Source: Squalus acanthias | Taxonomy: Eukaryota | Direction of reading: 5' to 3' | NCBI GenBank assembly: GCA_030390025.1 | Contig: CM059431.1 | Span: forward strand, 113,338,001 to 113,402,000 | Length of the DNA stretch: 64,000 bases | In this document: positions 22,875-36,239 of the stretch, in pieces | Position numbering within the stretch: the stretch's first letter is position 1 | Layout: each line of letters starts with the position of its first letter | Translations under genes and position numbers: made by a program | The notes under the pieces: generated by a model | Told to the model about the DNA's origin: nothing | Database searches by the model: none | What the model saw: only the letters and a program-made list of their open reading frames with translations

Positions 22875-24084
22875 ACCAGAAAGATGAAGGAGAAAGGGGT
22901 AATGGCAAGCCGCAGTCACACGAGATGTTTTGGCGACTTTGACTAGGACAGTCAACTCTTATGGGCAGTTCACAAGCTACATTGGAAGGATTTGAACCAA
23001 GATCAATAAGAGGGGTGAGTATTTGTTGCTGGGCGGCAATGACGTAATGAAGAATGTTAGGGAGAAAAGTAGATATTAGTTTGAAACGCCAAAAGTTGAA
23101 GATGGAGTTTTTAAGAAGGAACAGGGTGTGATGTTAGTTTTGAAAGGAATAATATCTGAGGATAAGTATAAGATTGACAATGTTGACAAGCATGGAGGAT
23201 GAGAAGAGGAGGTTGGTTCAAGAGCTGAATCAGAGGGGGATGACTGAGTTGATGGAGAAAACGAGTCTGCTGGGGGTGGGGGAGGTGCGAGTGTAGGTGG
23301 GACGGGGACTTGAAAGACGAGCAGTTAAATTAGGTTGTTCAAAACTGTTCAATGATGTAGCGTGTTACATATTGCAGTGTGTTGACCTTTGCTGGTAAGA
23401 TAAGGGTTTCCAGATTTAACTTCCCATATGCAGCACTAATATCCTGAAGTGCAAAGCAGAGGCCATGTGCTTCCACACAGGGGAAAGAAGAGTGAGGTTA
23501 AGTCCCAAGCCCAAGTACTGCCTACAAAGTAGAGAAAAGAGACCCCAATGAGGAGAGAAAAATAATGAAGCAAAAAGAAATAGGTTTTTTTTAAAGAAAA
23601 GTTTTAATAGCATCAGACTTCTTTTCCAGGAAATAGAAAACTAGTTCATGATAAATTCTCATGATCCTAACTGTGAACTTGTTTGTACAATGAACTGTGA
23701 ATAATTTTGAAGGTTGGAATGTTTTTTTTGTGACAGTGACAGTTCATGGACCACTATGTCATCTGTGCTATAAAACCCTTATGTAAACATTTTGAGCTAA
23801 ATTCTTCATTAAATAGAATGACACAAAACTTTCTCTTAATGTTGGCAGATTATCAGATTTTGGGGAAAGTCTAACTTACAGTGATAGTCATTTATGTGCA
23901 AACTGAAATATGACAGGCAAACTGGACAAGGTTCTTAATGCGTACTGAGTCCCTGTATAAAAAGAACCATCACGTCATTTCTTTTGAATGACATTTCAGT
24001 AAATAGTGTTTGAAATGAAATAACAACTGCTGAGATTTTAGCTGTCATGGAATTGTACTAATGCTATCAGCCATCTTGATTTTT

Positions 24085-24420
24085 TATTATTCGTTCATGG
24101 GATGTGGCATCGCTGGCAAGGCCAGTATTTATTGCCCATTCCTAATTGCCCTTGAGAAGGTGGTGGTGAGCCATCTTCGTGAACCGCTGCAGTCCGTGTG
24201 GTGAAGGTACTCCCACAGTGCTGTTAGGGAGGGAGTTCCAGAATTTTGATCTAGTGACGATGAAGGAACAGCGATAAATTTCCAAGTCAGGATGGTGTGT
24301 CACTTGGAGGGGAACCTGGAGGTGGTGGTGTTCCCATGCGCTTGATGCCCTTGTCCATCTAGGCGCTAGAGGTCGCGGGTTTGGGAGGTGCTGTCGAAGA
24401 AGCCTTGGCGAGTTGCTGCA
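24085..24420 (-). mobile_element. CR1-group LINE 3' fragment
   Basis: ORF 24142..24444 ends RSKFWNSLPNSTVGVPSPHGLQRFTKMAHHHLLKGN. Confidence 0.72.
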
Positions 24421-24525
24421 GCCTTGTAACTCCAGGTTTAGCATTCATTATTCTAGGATATATAGTTGACATTCCTTAGGGACAGTAAGGTGAAGATGAT
24501 ATGTACAGCAAGCATCAAAAGCTTT

Positions 24526-24885
24526 GTGGCAACACGGTGGCACAGTGGTTAGCACTGGTGCCTCACAGTGCCAGGGACCCGGATTCGAATCTGACCTCGG
24601 GTGACTGTCTGTGTGGAGTTTGCACATTCTCCCCGTGTCTGCGTGGGTTTCCTCCAGGTGCTCCGGTTTCCTCCCACAGTCCAAAAATGTGCGGGTTAGG
24701 TTGATTTGGCTATGATAAATTGACCCTTAGTGTTAGGGGGGGATTAAATATGTGGGGTTACGGGGATAGGATGGGATATGTTAGGGGAATTAAATACGTG
24801 GGGTTACAGGGGTAGGGTGGGATATGCGTCGGTGCAGGCTCGATGGGCCGAGATGGCCTCTATCTGTACTGTGGGGATTCTGTGT
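24526..24885 (+). mobile_element. HE1-like SINE with an internal ~45-bp duplication, followed by a CR1 tail to about 25000
   Basis: Near-identical to 14328-14640; the tgttagggg..attaaata.gtggggttac.ggg block occurs twice. Confidence 0.8.
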
Positions 24886-25301
24886 GAGAAAGCAGGGATA
24901 GGGTACTGGATTTGGATGATCAGCCATGATCGTATTGAATGGTGGAGCAGGCTCGACGGGCCGAATGGCCTACTCCTGCTCCTAGTTTCTATGTTTCTAT
25001 GTAAAGAATAAGTGATGTAATATTAAGTAAAACACATCAGACAAATAGTGAGTTATGAAAAAATAAACCACTTGTGACAAGAACAACATGTGGTTTAATG
25101 ACCTGTTCTGTGGTATAGAAAAAGATTCTTTGGAATAATTTTTCAAGTATGCACTGGCAGGTGTATTTTTCCCCCTCTTGCAATATGTACCAGTGAGGTT
25201 TCCCATTGCCAACAAGTACTTGGGAAATTATTCCCCATGAGCCACACTTCCCAGTGCCACTCTGGTGTATTTTCAGTCATTCACTGCTTGGTTAACATAT
25301 T

Positions 25302-26063
25302 GGGCTGGATTTTCAATGACCCGTGGAGTCGGGTTTAGAGGCGTGTGGGGGGTTAAAGTTGCGGGGTCGGGGGTCCCGACCCCATCCCGACCCCATCCCG
25401 CCTCCACGCAATTTTGACAAAATCGGTCACGGGGTTCCCGACTCTGTCCCGCCTCCAAGAGGTGGGAGAGGCCATTAAAGCCCTTAACAAGCCCTAAATT
25501 GGCTGTGTAATGCCATTTTGAAACATTTTAGCTAGTTTAACCCTTTTCTGATGTGAAGTACGCCTGATGTGAAACACGCCAGTGAAACCTGGCGGGAGCA
25601 CAAGTGGATTGCTGACTATCAGCTGCAGGTCCGCTATTACAACGGAGATGTGATGAAGATAGTGGTAGTATTGTGATGAAGGTAGTAGTAGTATTAGGTC
25701 TGAAAGTCGCCTGTGATGCTGCTGCATTGAATGTCTTCAGAGACTGCCTGGGAGGACTTGGTTGCAAAATAAATTCATATTCTCTCTCTCTCTCTCTCAT
25801 ATTTTGCATCCAGGTCCACTCACAGCAAAAGCCAGGCAGTCTCTGAGACCAGACCAGGCAGTCTCTGACCTACAATGATGACATCATCAGAGGCGACTTT
25901 CAGACTGAAACCACTAATTGGTTCATGGGTTCCCACATGCTGGTTCTCAATTGCCCAATTAAGTGAAAATTGCATCAATCTCCCACATCCAATTTCAGGC
26001 AGGTGGATAACACGAAATGCGGATGACACGACCCCAACCCGACCCCAAGACAAAATCCAGCCC
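25302..26063. mobile_element. Harbinger MITE (762 bp) of the element C family
   Basis: TIRs GGGCTGGATTTT / AAAATCCAGCCC; both arms match the ends of 27837-29995 in opposite orientation; flanks ATT/AAT. Confidence 0.88.
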
Positions 26064-26315
26064 AATTGTTTATATACCACATGTTCTTTTATTCACAAGG
26101 AATAGTTCTAGGAACCGTTGGTAATTCAGTGAGGCGGGATTAGCATGCCGTCCTGTCACCCATTGGAATTGGGATTAAATCCAGCTCAGAATAATTGGAA
26201 ATCAAAGCCTCCTCTATGGCAGCTATGTGAATGTGGTTTTACATTAATAGAGTGCTGTTAACTGCAGATGTATGATAACTCCCAGTCAACAACACTTTTA
26301 ATTTTTTTAGACTGT

Positions 26316-26770
26316 CAGCCTTGGCTCAGTGGTAGCACTCTCGCCTCTAAGCTAGAAAGTTGTAAGTTCAAGTCTCACACACCAGCATAGGCACGATGGG
26401 CCAAATGGGCTCCTTCTGTGCAATATCATTCTATGATTCCGGAGACCTAAGCACACAATCAAGGCTGACACTTCATTGCAGTGTGGCGGGAGCGCTGTGC
26501 TTTACTGTACTGTCAGAGGTGCCATCTTTCAGATCAGACGTTAAACTGAAGCTCTTCCTGCTCCGAAGGATTTAAAATATTCCATGTCACTATTTGTAGG
26601 AGACCAGGGAGTTCTCCCAGTGTCATGGCCAACAACACTAAAACAGATTTATTTAATTGCGGTTTCAGGAACCTTGCTGTGCACAAATTGGTTGCTGTGT
26701 TTCCTTGCGGTACAACAGTGACCACATTTCAAAAGTACTTCATTGGCTGTGAGGCACTTGGGGATGTTAA
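26316..26770 (+). mobile_element. Deu-domain SINE, diverged, with a short CR1-tail insertion
   Basis: cagccttggctcagtggtagcactctcgcctct head; Deu-like core at about 26670. Confidence 0.65.
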
Positions 26771-27836
26771 AAAAAATATATAACTGCTAGTTCCTTCACT
26801 TTTCTTCCCTTTTCTTCCCTTCCCTTCACTCCATCTGGAGACACAGCCCATAATTCTGCACAAGTTAGTATGCTCTAGAGAAGCCACTGGGAAATGGGGA
26901 AAAAGCTCACATTGCTGCAGTATGATGTTGTTCTGAGATTGAAGTTGAGACACACTGTTGGATCAGCAACGTTACTGTGCTTCTGACAGTGCTATACCTA
27001 ACTTGGGAGTGCTAGCTCCTGACCCTGGATGCGAAGTTATTCAATTCCCAGCATTGACGTCTTAATTTTAATAAGTCCAATATTTCAAAAACATAAAACC
27101 ATGTTAAGATTTTTGTAGAGACCTATGTTAAGCTGAGGTGGGAGGGATGCCAGGTTTATACAGTCAGTGACGTGGTCAGCGTTGGGAGCTTGGCTTGTGA
27201 ACAAAGATTACACTCTTCACAGTGGCGTGCTCTGCAAAATTAAGCTTGAATGTAAAACAGTGGCTGTGAAGGAGGGCTAAGGAGGATTTAACAGAGCAGA
27301 GAGAGAGAATGAGTTAGGGATACAACCTAAAGAAAAATAAAACACGTACAAGAAAGGTACTTTCCATTAAAAGAGATCTATAGTAGTCCTGAGTAAAGTA
27401 ATATCTCATTTATACTGCCACTACTAACAGTAGAAATAGTTCCACCATTTAATGCTGTTACCTATGTTCCAAATTCTCAATTCGGCTGAGTGAATTTGGA
27501 CATGGTCAATAATTCCAGAAAAAAAGAAAAGAAAGACCTTTCACGACCACCAGACGTCTCAAAGCACTTTTTACAGACAATGAAGTACTTTTGGAGTGTA
27601 GTCACTGTTGTAATGTAGGAAACGCTGCAGCCAATTTGCACGCAGCAAGATCCCACAAACAGCAATGTGATAATGACCAGATAATCTGTTTTAGTGATGT
27701 TGATTGAGGGATAAATATTGGCCAAGACACCAGGGATAACTCCTCTGCTCTTCTTTGAAATAGTGCCATGGGATCTTTTACATCCACCTGAGAGAGCAGA
27801 TGGGGCCTCAGTTTAATGTCTCATCTGAAAGACAGC

Positions 27837-29995
27837 GGGCTGGATTTTGTCTTGGGGTCGGGTTGGGGTCGTGTTACCCACATTTCGTGTTGCCCCCCCG
27901 ACTCCAGATTAATGTGGATTAATGATGCGATTTTAACTTAATTGGCCAATTGAGTTCAAACATGTGGGAACCCATGGCCAATGAGTTATTCCAGTCTGAA
28001 AGTCGCCTCCGATGACGTCATCATTGCTGCTGCATTTAAGGTCTGCAACAAGCCTTGCTTCCTCTGCAGGCTGCCAAGCTTTTGGACCTGTAATCTTAGC
28101 ACCTGCAGCAGGAATGGCCAGCCAACGGCCCAGGGCCATTGTCGTAGCTCTGGTAAGAAGCTGCGAGGCAAAAGTGCTTTCTTGTCTAGGCTAAGCAAAT
28201 CTGGCCAAGATGAGTGCGTTCCTTGCATTCCGGGCAGCTATGGTCTCGCGTAATGCTGCTGCTGGTTGAGGGGCCTCTGCAACTTGTTCGTTCTCTCTCT
28301 CCTCCTCCTCCTCCTCCTCCTCCTCCTCCTCCTCATCTGAGGAGGCTATGTGAGGAGCCACTTGGTCCTTCGGCATCTGTAAGCCATGACACTGTGCCAT
28401 GTTGTGAAGTGCACAGCAAACCACGACGATTCTGGAGACCCTGGCTTCTGAGTATTGCAGGGCTCCACCTGATCTATCCAGGCATCTGAAGCGCATCTTC
28501 AGCATACCGATGGTTTGCTCGATTATGGATCTGGTGGAAATGTGGCTGGAGTTGTAGCTCTCCTCAGCTGCGTTGGATGGGCTCCTCAATGGCATCATTA
28601 GCCACGTCCTCAGGGGATAGCCCTTGTCTCCAAGTAGCCATCCGTGAAGTTGGGCTGGCGGACTGAATAGCGGAGGCACACTAGACTGGCGCAGTATGAA
28701 GGAGTCATGGCAACTGCCAGGGTACTTGGCACAAACATGCAGAACTTCCTTGTTGTGGTCACACACCAGCTGAACGTTGAGGGAGTGGAAGCCCTTGCGG
28801 TTGACAAAAATACCTGGATTGCGATGGGGTGCCTTCAGGGCCACATGTGTGCAGTCAACGACGCCCTGCACCCTTGGAAAGCCTGCCAGATTAGCTAATC
28901 CAACCGCACGCGCCGTGACACTTGCTCGATCCTTGGTGAAATGGATGTGATTGTGCGCGATGGCAAAGAGGGCATCGGTTACCTGCGTGATGCAGGTGTG
29001 TGCGGCCGCCTGGGAGATGCCGCTGGTGTCTGCTGCTGATCCCTGGAATGAGCCTGAGGCAAAAAAGTTGAGTGCGGTGGTGACTTTGACAGCCACTGGT
29101 AAGGGGCGTCCACCTGGTCCTCTGGGCTCCAGGTCTTGTTGCAGCATTGCGCAGATGTCACCCACTACCTCTTGCAAAAGTCAGAGCCGCCTTTGGCACT
29201 GCTGATCAGACATGTTGAGGTAGCTGACCCTCTGTCTGTAGACCCTGGTTGGGGGGTATCTCCTGCGCCGACGGCCTTCCATGCGCTGGCCCCTTCTGTC
29301 CTGTGCAGCTTCAGGTGGGTGAGCAGCAGCTTGGCGCTCCTGCTGTTGCTGCTGCTGTTGCTGCTGCTGTTGGTGGTGCTGTTGTTCATGGTTCTGCTGG
29401 TGCCGCGGCTGCTGTTCCTCCTCATCGGATATCCAGGAGGGAAGGAAATAAATGGCTCCCATGCCTCTGGTATATGTCTCAGTTGAGGAAGCGCTCAATG
29501 AGGGTGACGAGAGGGGTTTCCCAGGAGGTCACACTGCAGATGGGTGTCCGGCTCCAAACTGCCAGAGCTGTGGTTGTGCCTTCTAAAAGTTCCCCCAGAC
29601 CTGTTACAACAAAGTCCTGCCACCTGCAATTGATGGCTGATCAAATCTCCTATTTAAAGGTTGAGCTGTAATGAGAGTCAGCAATCCACTTGTGCTCCCG
29701 CCAGGTTTCACTGGAGTGTTTCCCATCAGGCGTGCTTCACGTGGGAAAAGGGTTAAAGTACCTAAAATGGTTCAAAATGGCATTACTGAGCCATTAGGGA
29801 TAGTTAAGAGCGTTAATGGCCTTTCGCGCCTCTTGGAGGCGGGACGGAGTCGGGAACCCCACGACCCATTTTGTCAAAATTGCGTGGAGGCGTGTTGGAG
29901 TCGGGATGGGGTCGGGACCCCCGAATCTGCTACTTTAACCCCCCCCCCCCACATGCCTCCAAACCCGACTCCACGGGGCATTCAAAATCCAGCCC
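27837..29995 (-). mobile_element. Transposase-only Harbinger (element C, 2159 bp)
   Basis: Perfect 13-bp TIRs GGGCTGGATTTTG / CAAAATCCAGCCC; AGC on both flanks; no Myb gene body. Confidence 0.93.
28191..29462 (-). pseudogene. Harbinger transposase with a single in-frame nonsense codon (TGA at 29183-29181)
   Basis: ORFs 29181..29498 and 28191..29177 share a frame; RRL*LLQEVV versus [10 protein letters not shown] in element B; DDE motifs intact (GVVDCTH, GDKGY, IIEQTIG). Confidence 0.9.
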
Positions 29996-31302
29996 AGCAT
30001 CTCCGACAGTGCAGCACTCCCTCAGCACTGCACTGGAGTGCCAGCCTAGATTTTTGTGCTCAAGTCTCTGGAGTGGGACTTGAACCCACAACCTTCTGAC
30101 TCAGCAGGCAGGAGTGCTAGCCACAGCTGACACAGCTACATACATGCAAAAACTTTGAATGTGCAATTGTGTTCACAACTTTACAATTCTGGATATGAGT
30201 AGTTGGGGTAGGAAGGATAATCCAACAAATTTAAAATAGGAGTTACCTGATCTCAGCAGGGTAACGGCAGGGTGCTCCAGTTAGGCTCATTGCCCTGCGT
30301 TAGGGAAGGAAAAATCTGCCAGGATTCCAGCATCCAATTACTGTGCAGCAACCCTGCTAGATTGCGTGTGAATGTGTGCATGTTGGGTAAGGACAAGAGT
30401 GGGCTCAACTGCAGTGTCTTCAGCAGTCAGATAGCCTGCCAGCACTCACTGCCAAAATTCACACGAGAATAATTGCCTCTTGGGTCAGGTGCCACAAGGC
30501 AACTGCTGTCCCTGAAGCCAGACGCAATGAATGGAAGAAGAAACGGGGAACAAATGAGAGGAAGGAAAAGGTGAATCAGTGCGATTCAGATTGATTTCAA
30601 TTTTAAATTGAATTTGAGCAGAGGGTAGCTCAGAGAGTTGAGTCCGGACTTGGAACTAGAAGGTTACTGGGTTTGAATGCTGGCAGGGTTCATTCGGGTA
30701 CATAAAATGAGCCCTATTTCATCCACCAGAGTAAGGTGACTGCACAATGTAATACTATACCACGCTGTTACAGTATCTGTCCTTGGATACTCCTGGCTAT
30801 TCAGCAAAGGAAAAGGAAGACCTAACAGCCAATTATATCTAAATGAGACCAACATCTGTGGATCTCTTCTCTCTCAATTTGAATTTAGATGTCATTGCTA
30901 CTGATCACGTAAGCAAGCAGTGCAAATAAGGAGAAGATCCAATGAGTTAAAAGTATATTCCTATTTTATAGTACTGTGTGTGACTCTCAGCCAAGCTACG
31001 GAGCAGCTCCTGAAACACATCCAGAATTTGACATTAATTGGAATTCATTACCTTGTCAAGCAGATTGTGATTGACTGGTCACTGACTCCTCAATCATCCA
31101 CTTCATGTACTGGATAATTCAAGTCAACTCCACATAAACATCTGTAGTCAGTCATGTAATGCATTGCCTTGTGAACCATTTGACAACCCAAGATATTTCT
31201 ACTGATGAACGTGCAAAACAGCAGAACAATTGAAAATAACAACGTAAATAATCTAACAGCCGCTATTGGATGTTGGCAAGAGCATATTGGTTTTACTTTA
31301 AG

Positions 31303-31763
31303 AAAGAAAGAGTTGCATTTATATAGCGCCTTTCACAACCACCGGACATCCCAAAGCGCTTTACAGCCAATGAAGTGCTTTTGGAGTGTAGTCACTGTTG
31401 TAATGTGGGAAACATGGCAGCCAATTTGCGCACAGCAAGCTCCCACAAACAGCAATGTGATAATAACCAGATAATCTGTTTTTTTTATGTTGGTTGAGGG
31501 ATAGATATTGGCCAGGACACCTTTAATAACTCCCCTACTCTTCTTTGAAAGAGTGCCAAGGGAACTTTTACATCAACCTGAGAGAGCAGACGGGGCCTCG
31601 GTTTAATGTCTCATCCGAAAGACAGCACCTCCAACAGTGCAGCACTCCCTCAGCACTGCAGTGGAGTGTCAGCTTAGAATTTTTTGCGCTCAAGTCCTTG
31701 GAGTGGGACTTGAACCCACAAACCTTCTGACTCAGAGGCAAGAGTGCCACCCACTGAGCCATG
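31303..31763 (-). mobile_element. Deu-domain SINE, full length
   Basis: Reverse complement of the 36843-37300 and 59182-59645 copies. Confidence 0.82.
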
Positions 31764-33970
31764 GCTTACTCTAGAACAAAACTCCAGAAATGTCCCCCTG
31801 GGGAGTGCTGATATGCTGATGTAGAATATTATAGCTCCAAGTAACATGGTAGGGGCACAAGATCACACTTGGGGTTTCCCACAAGGTGAATGATGGATTT
31901 AAGCCACACCATTAAGGGGACGCAGTGGAGCAGAGGCCAAACAGCGAGGGAGGGAACAATGGAGGGAGAGTTATTGTTCCGCTACTCTCGTGCACTGCCA
32001 AATGGCAGGTTAAAGTGCAATTTTGGCATTTATTGCAGATGCCAGAATGCCGGTCACGAGCCCACATTTTTATCAAGGGTATTTATAAAAAAAATTTAAA
32101 GGAAAAATGCCAGACCGTTACAAATATTGTAAAAGATTACTCTCAATCAAGTTTTGAAAGCGAATATGTCCATGCAGTGTAAAGAATCTGCTGAAGCTTT
32201 TTAGTTTCTGAAAAGCAAACATTTGTCATCTTGTTGTTCTGATTAATATCATCCATTGTGGGTCTCACTTTGGAATTCGCAGGACATGGGGCTGGTTATT
32301 TTAACAAACAAGAATTTGCCTCACCACAGGGTACATTAAACATGAAATTACTGAGTTCGATAGGAAGCAGTGCAGTCAGCTGTCAGACTGCTATTTACAG
32401 CTAATGTTGGATGTGCCAAACTGTCAGATCGCAACGTATAAGTAAGTTTAATCTCCTTTTATGTTTGGGAAGGCAGATCTGTAGGAAAATCATCAATCTG
32501 ATGAATAAGGGCCATTTGTGCTGACTGTCTTGTGGCTCCTCCTGCAACTATGAGTTGTCTAGTTTGTGTGAAAAGTTGTCTGTTTCCGATGGTGTTAATC
32601 ATCTGTCTCATAGCATCTTGAGAGTCTGTTCACCAACTATCAGCCGTTGTTAAATATAGGAGTCTGCCTTTATTTGTCATGCCCCTTGTGTGCTTTTAGG
32701 CTTACCCCAGGATAATCAAAAATTAAATTCTTACATTCTCAGACAGACTGGACAATGCTGCTCAAATAATTTGCTTCACAGGCATGTTACTATGGCAATA
32801 AATCATCTTAGAAAGTGATATTGTTATGGTTATGGTGAGTAAGCATGTTTAGTTTCTCGAGAATTACAAAGTGTTTTCTTAAGATATATTTTCCTGCTTC
32901 TTTCTGAAATAATAAGATAAAAATTACAATTGAAGATTTTAGCAGATGAACATTTGAGACAGCTAGCTGTATGACATTCCTCGAACTGCTACTCTAGCAG
33001 ATGTGTTAACCCATTTAAAATAGATGGATCAACTGGTTAATCAAACTGGTTACCCTGCTTTCATGTGAACCATTCGCTAATGTCCTCAATAATAATTTCT
33101 AGGTTAATTTCAATTAAAACCATTCTGCTGATTATACTCAAGCGGAGAATAGACGCATATGTTTACAGCCATTCTGAAGTTAACTTGAAAATTGCAATCT
33201 TGAGAGGTATTTGCAGGATAAGCCTGTTGTTTATCTTAGAATGGACATCTTGAGCCTCATTTAATACCAGGTATGTTGTTATTGATTTTTGCCCTGGTTG
33301 CCAGCCCTAGTGAATGCTTATGTTGGATATTCTCTCTCTGCTTGCACAAACAATAAAGCTTTTAAGGTGTGCTTTAGAGGCATAATCGTGTCTTTGGATC
33401 GATCTCCACAAGAGTCATTTAAATTAATTTTAATAATATTTGAGTTGTATAATGTAATGGATGGATTACACTGGCAGTGGGGAAATGGTCCATTTGACTT
33501 GCCTTCTGGTTTTTGAGATCATTAACCTGCTAGCCTGGGACTTCCAGCTGGGAATCCATAACCAACAGATTTCTCGAACAATGCACCACCAAGTCACCGT
33601 GCATGTAGACTGATATTCTTAACTCTTGATGCACTGTGTACAGGATTACTCAACGATGAACATTCTTCTTTCTAGGGCAGGTGCTGAGGAAACTCATTTG
33701 TTGGCAGACACATTATTTGACACAGGCCAGGTCAAAGTTTAGTACTTTTGACCTCTGGCTGAAAAACATGGTCCTTGTTGCTCTAACACCACAATAAATG
33801 GCGGGAGCAGAAAGGTGGAAGAAAAAAGTAATTAAAAGGTTTTGAATAGTAAAAAGTTCAGAATCGTTAGAGAAAAGCTGGCAAAAATAGAGTGGAATCA
33901 TAGTGGAATGATGTAACAGATCATCTCAGTCAAGTAATGGACAGAAGCATTAAAACATTAAAGAAACAAA

Positions 33971-36122
33971 GGGGGAGAAATTCGGTACCATAGCGCCTCC
34001 AGTTAGCGCCTAGCGGGGGTGCTAACGGGGCACTGAGGCAGTAGCGCTGCGAAGGCCCGGCTGTAGACTGCACCACCTCAGCATGGGCGGCAGCAGTCTG
34101 GGCTGGCTGGATGACAGGCAGCGACAAGGGCAATGGCGGAGTGGCAGTGGTGGGCGCAGGAATGCTGTCATCCTGAGAGAGGATAGCAGGTTCCTGCTCC
34201 ACTGACCCACTGCCACTCCCCCAGGGCAGCACCTCAGCATCCCTAGCAATCTGTTGCAGCATGTGATTGTTGGCCTGCTGCGACACCGTGAAAGCCCCGA
34301 TCGACGGTGGTAGACCCAGCCACGGTGGCAGCAGTCAGAGCTTGCGTGGCATCAAGCTGAGACTGTATGAGAGCAGTCTGAGATTGAATGGCACCAACCA
34401 TAGATTGCATTACAGCACTAAGACGTTGCGTCACTTCCTCCTGTGCTGCAATGGAAGCTGCCAGTTCGCCCATCACACGCGGCATCAGGTCAGGGTCTCC
34501 ACAGTCTCTCTGGGAGTCGACTATCCTTTCCAGATTGGAAATGATGGGCTCCATGGTGTGTGCAGAGCTTTGTGCAATGCTGGAGGCGGAAACCTCCACG
34601 CTCTTTACCATTGCCGACAGGCTCTTGGGCAACCTTGCCATTGCACCTATCATCTCCATGTGCCTGCCCATCACCCTTCTTCTAAAGGCCTCCCCATCGA
34701 GGTCCTCATCTGAGTCCTGTGCAGCAGAACTCGCGTGCGAACTCGCACTCCGGGGAGCTGGCCCCCGAGCTACCCTTTCCCCCTGGCCTTGCTGCAGCCT
34801 GCTCGTTCCCGGTGCCTCACCCTGTGCAGATCCGACTACTATACTAGCCTCTTAAGAATGCGTAGTGCCAGTATCTGAGCTGGTGCCTGCGGGTGAGCCA
34901 TGCAGTGACGCGGTGTGTTCTTCCTCCTCCTCTTCTCCTGCCTCACTCTCTACGGTGCCCTCAGGGACAGGCTGCTCCGGTGCTTGCTCATTATCTGAAT
35001 GCATGAAGGCACAAGAGTCGGGTTAAGGTGAGGGGTGGGGTCAGGAAGGGAGAAATGCATGCATACAGCATGATTAGCTGGAAAATGCGAAACGCTTGTG
35101 GGGTGAGGGGGAAGTGGGATGTGAGAAGAAGGAGTAGGGATGAACATACCGTTTTTGTCCCCAAGGGGGTCAACGTCGCCAGTGGTCATGGCGCCCAATA
35201 ATCTGCAGCACTCTATTCTCCAGCGCAGACAGTGGTTGGGTGTCGGCTTGTCCCCCGCCTGTGCTCCTGCTCCCTCCTGTTGTGAGCCACCTTGGCCTGC
35301 AAGAGAGAGGAAAGTGTGTGAGTGAGTGTGGAGCAATGTGTTTAGGTGATGTGCCTGCCATAGTGGAATAGCTGTCATTGTGTGAAAAGTGTGAGATGTG
35401 GGTGTGAGTGTTGGTAGGTGGAGATTGTTGGTGGGTGAGTGCTGGGGGTGTGGTGCTTTGGCCAGTGTGTGCAGTCTGAGGTTCAGATGGTGGTATGTAG
35501 CATTTGTTGAGGCATTGACTCACCCTGACCACCCGAGTGAGGTTGTTAAATTTCTTCCTGCACTGTGTGTGGGTCCTGGGGACCACAGTGCTGCCCGAGA
35601 CCTGCTGGGCAACCTCCCTCCACATGGCGCGGAAGACTTGTGGCGAGGGCCTCCTGCCACTTGCCGGGTACAGCACCGCCCTCCGTCTCTCCACAGCGAA
35701 CACCAACACCTCCAATGCTTGGTCCAAAAATCTGCGGGCTCTCTCCCTGGAGTGTGGATCTGCCATCATGAAACCTGTTTGAGTCATTCGACTCCTTGGG
35801 CTTGGCCTGCTCCTGCTTGCTGACACAGGTTCACAGGCAGCAATGCTGAGAATGAGGTTCTGCAGCATGAATGAACCTTCCCTTTAAGAACTGGAAAGAG
35901 CCTGTGGCAATGATGACTTGTGATTAGACTGCACCTGATATTGGTTAGCGCTTTGAGTGTAACTGAGCCAGGCCGTTAGCGCTTGATTTAGCGCTCCGAT
36001 ATTTTCTTTGAGCGATGACACTGAATTTTGCGTGCAGTGAAAATCATTAGTGCCTGGCACTAAATCTCAAAAACTTTTCCAAAGTTTGCGTCCATTCCTG
36101 GGTGATAATGAATTTCTCGCCC
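33971..36122 (-). mobile_element. Myb-only Harbinger deletion derivative related to element A (element E, 2152 bp)
   Basis: TIRs GGGGGAGAAATTC / GAATTTCTCGCCC (12/13); AAA on both flanks; about 80 bp of left end joined directly to the Myb 3' region; no transposase. Confidence 0.88.
34050..35769 (-). pseudogene. Myb/SANT partner gene with frameshifts, 3'-truncated
   Basis: Exon 1 35769-35524 MMADPHSRERARRF...QCRKKFNNLTRVVR then GTGAGT; exon 2 from 35296 AKVAHNRR; exon 3 homologous to element A (AAGQQS...QIARDAEVLP) with a frameshift near 34265. Confidence 0.85.
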
Positions 36123-36239
36123 AAAGTGTGTGTAAATAGCAAAGAAAGTGAGAGGTCTGGGAAAATCAGAGAGGTGGAAGACTTGGGGGTGATGTATGAA
36201 ATTGAAACCAGTTTGAAAATGAGAATGTAGCTAAAGTTT

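Larger units (their letters stand above)
27522..30135 (-). mobile_element. Deu-domain SINE split by Harbinger element C (27522-27836 plus 29996-30135)
   Basis: The halves rejoin as ...gaaagacagc/atctccgacagtgc..., matching the uninterrupted copy at 31621. Confidence 0.85.
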
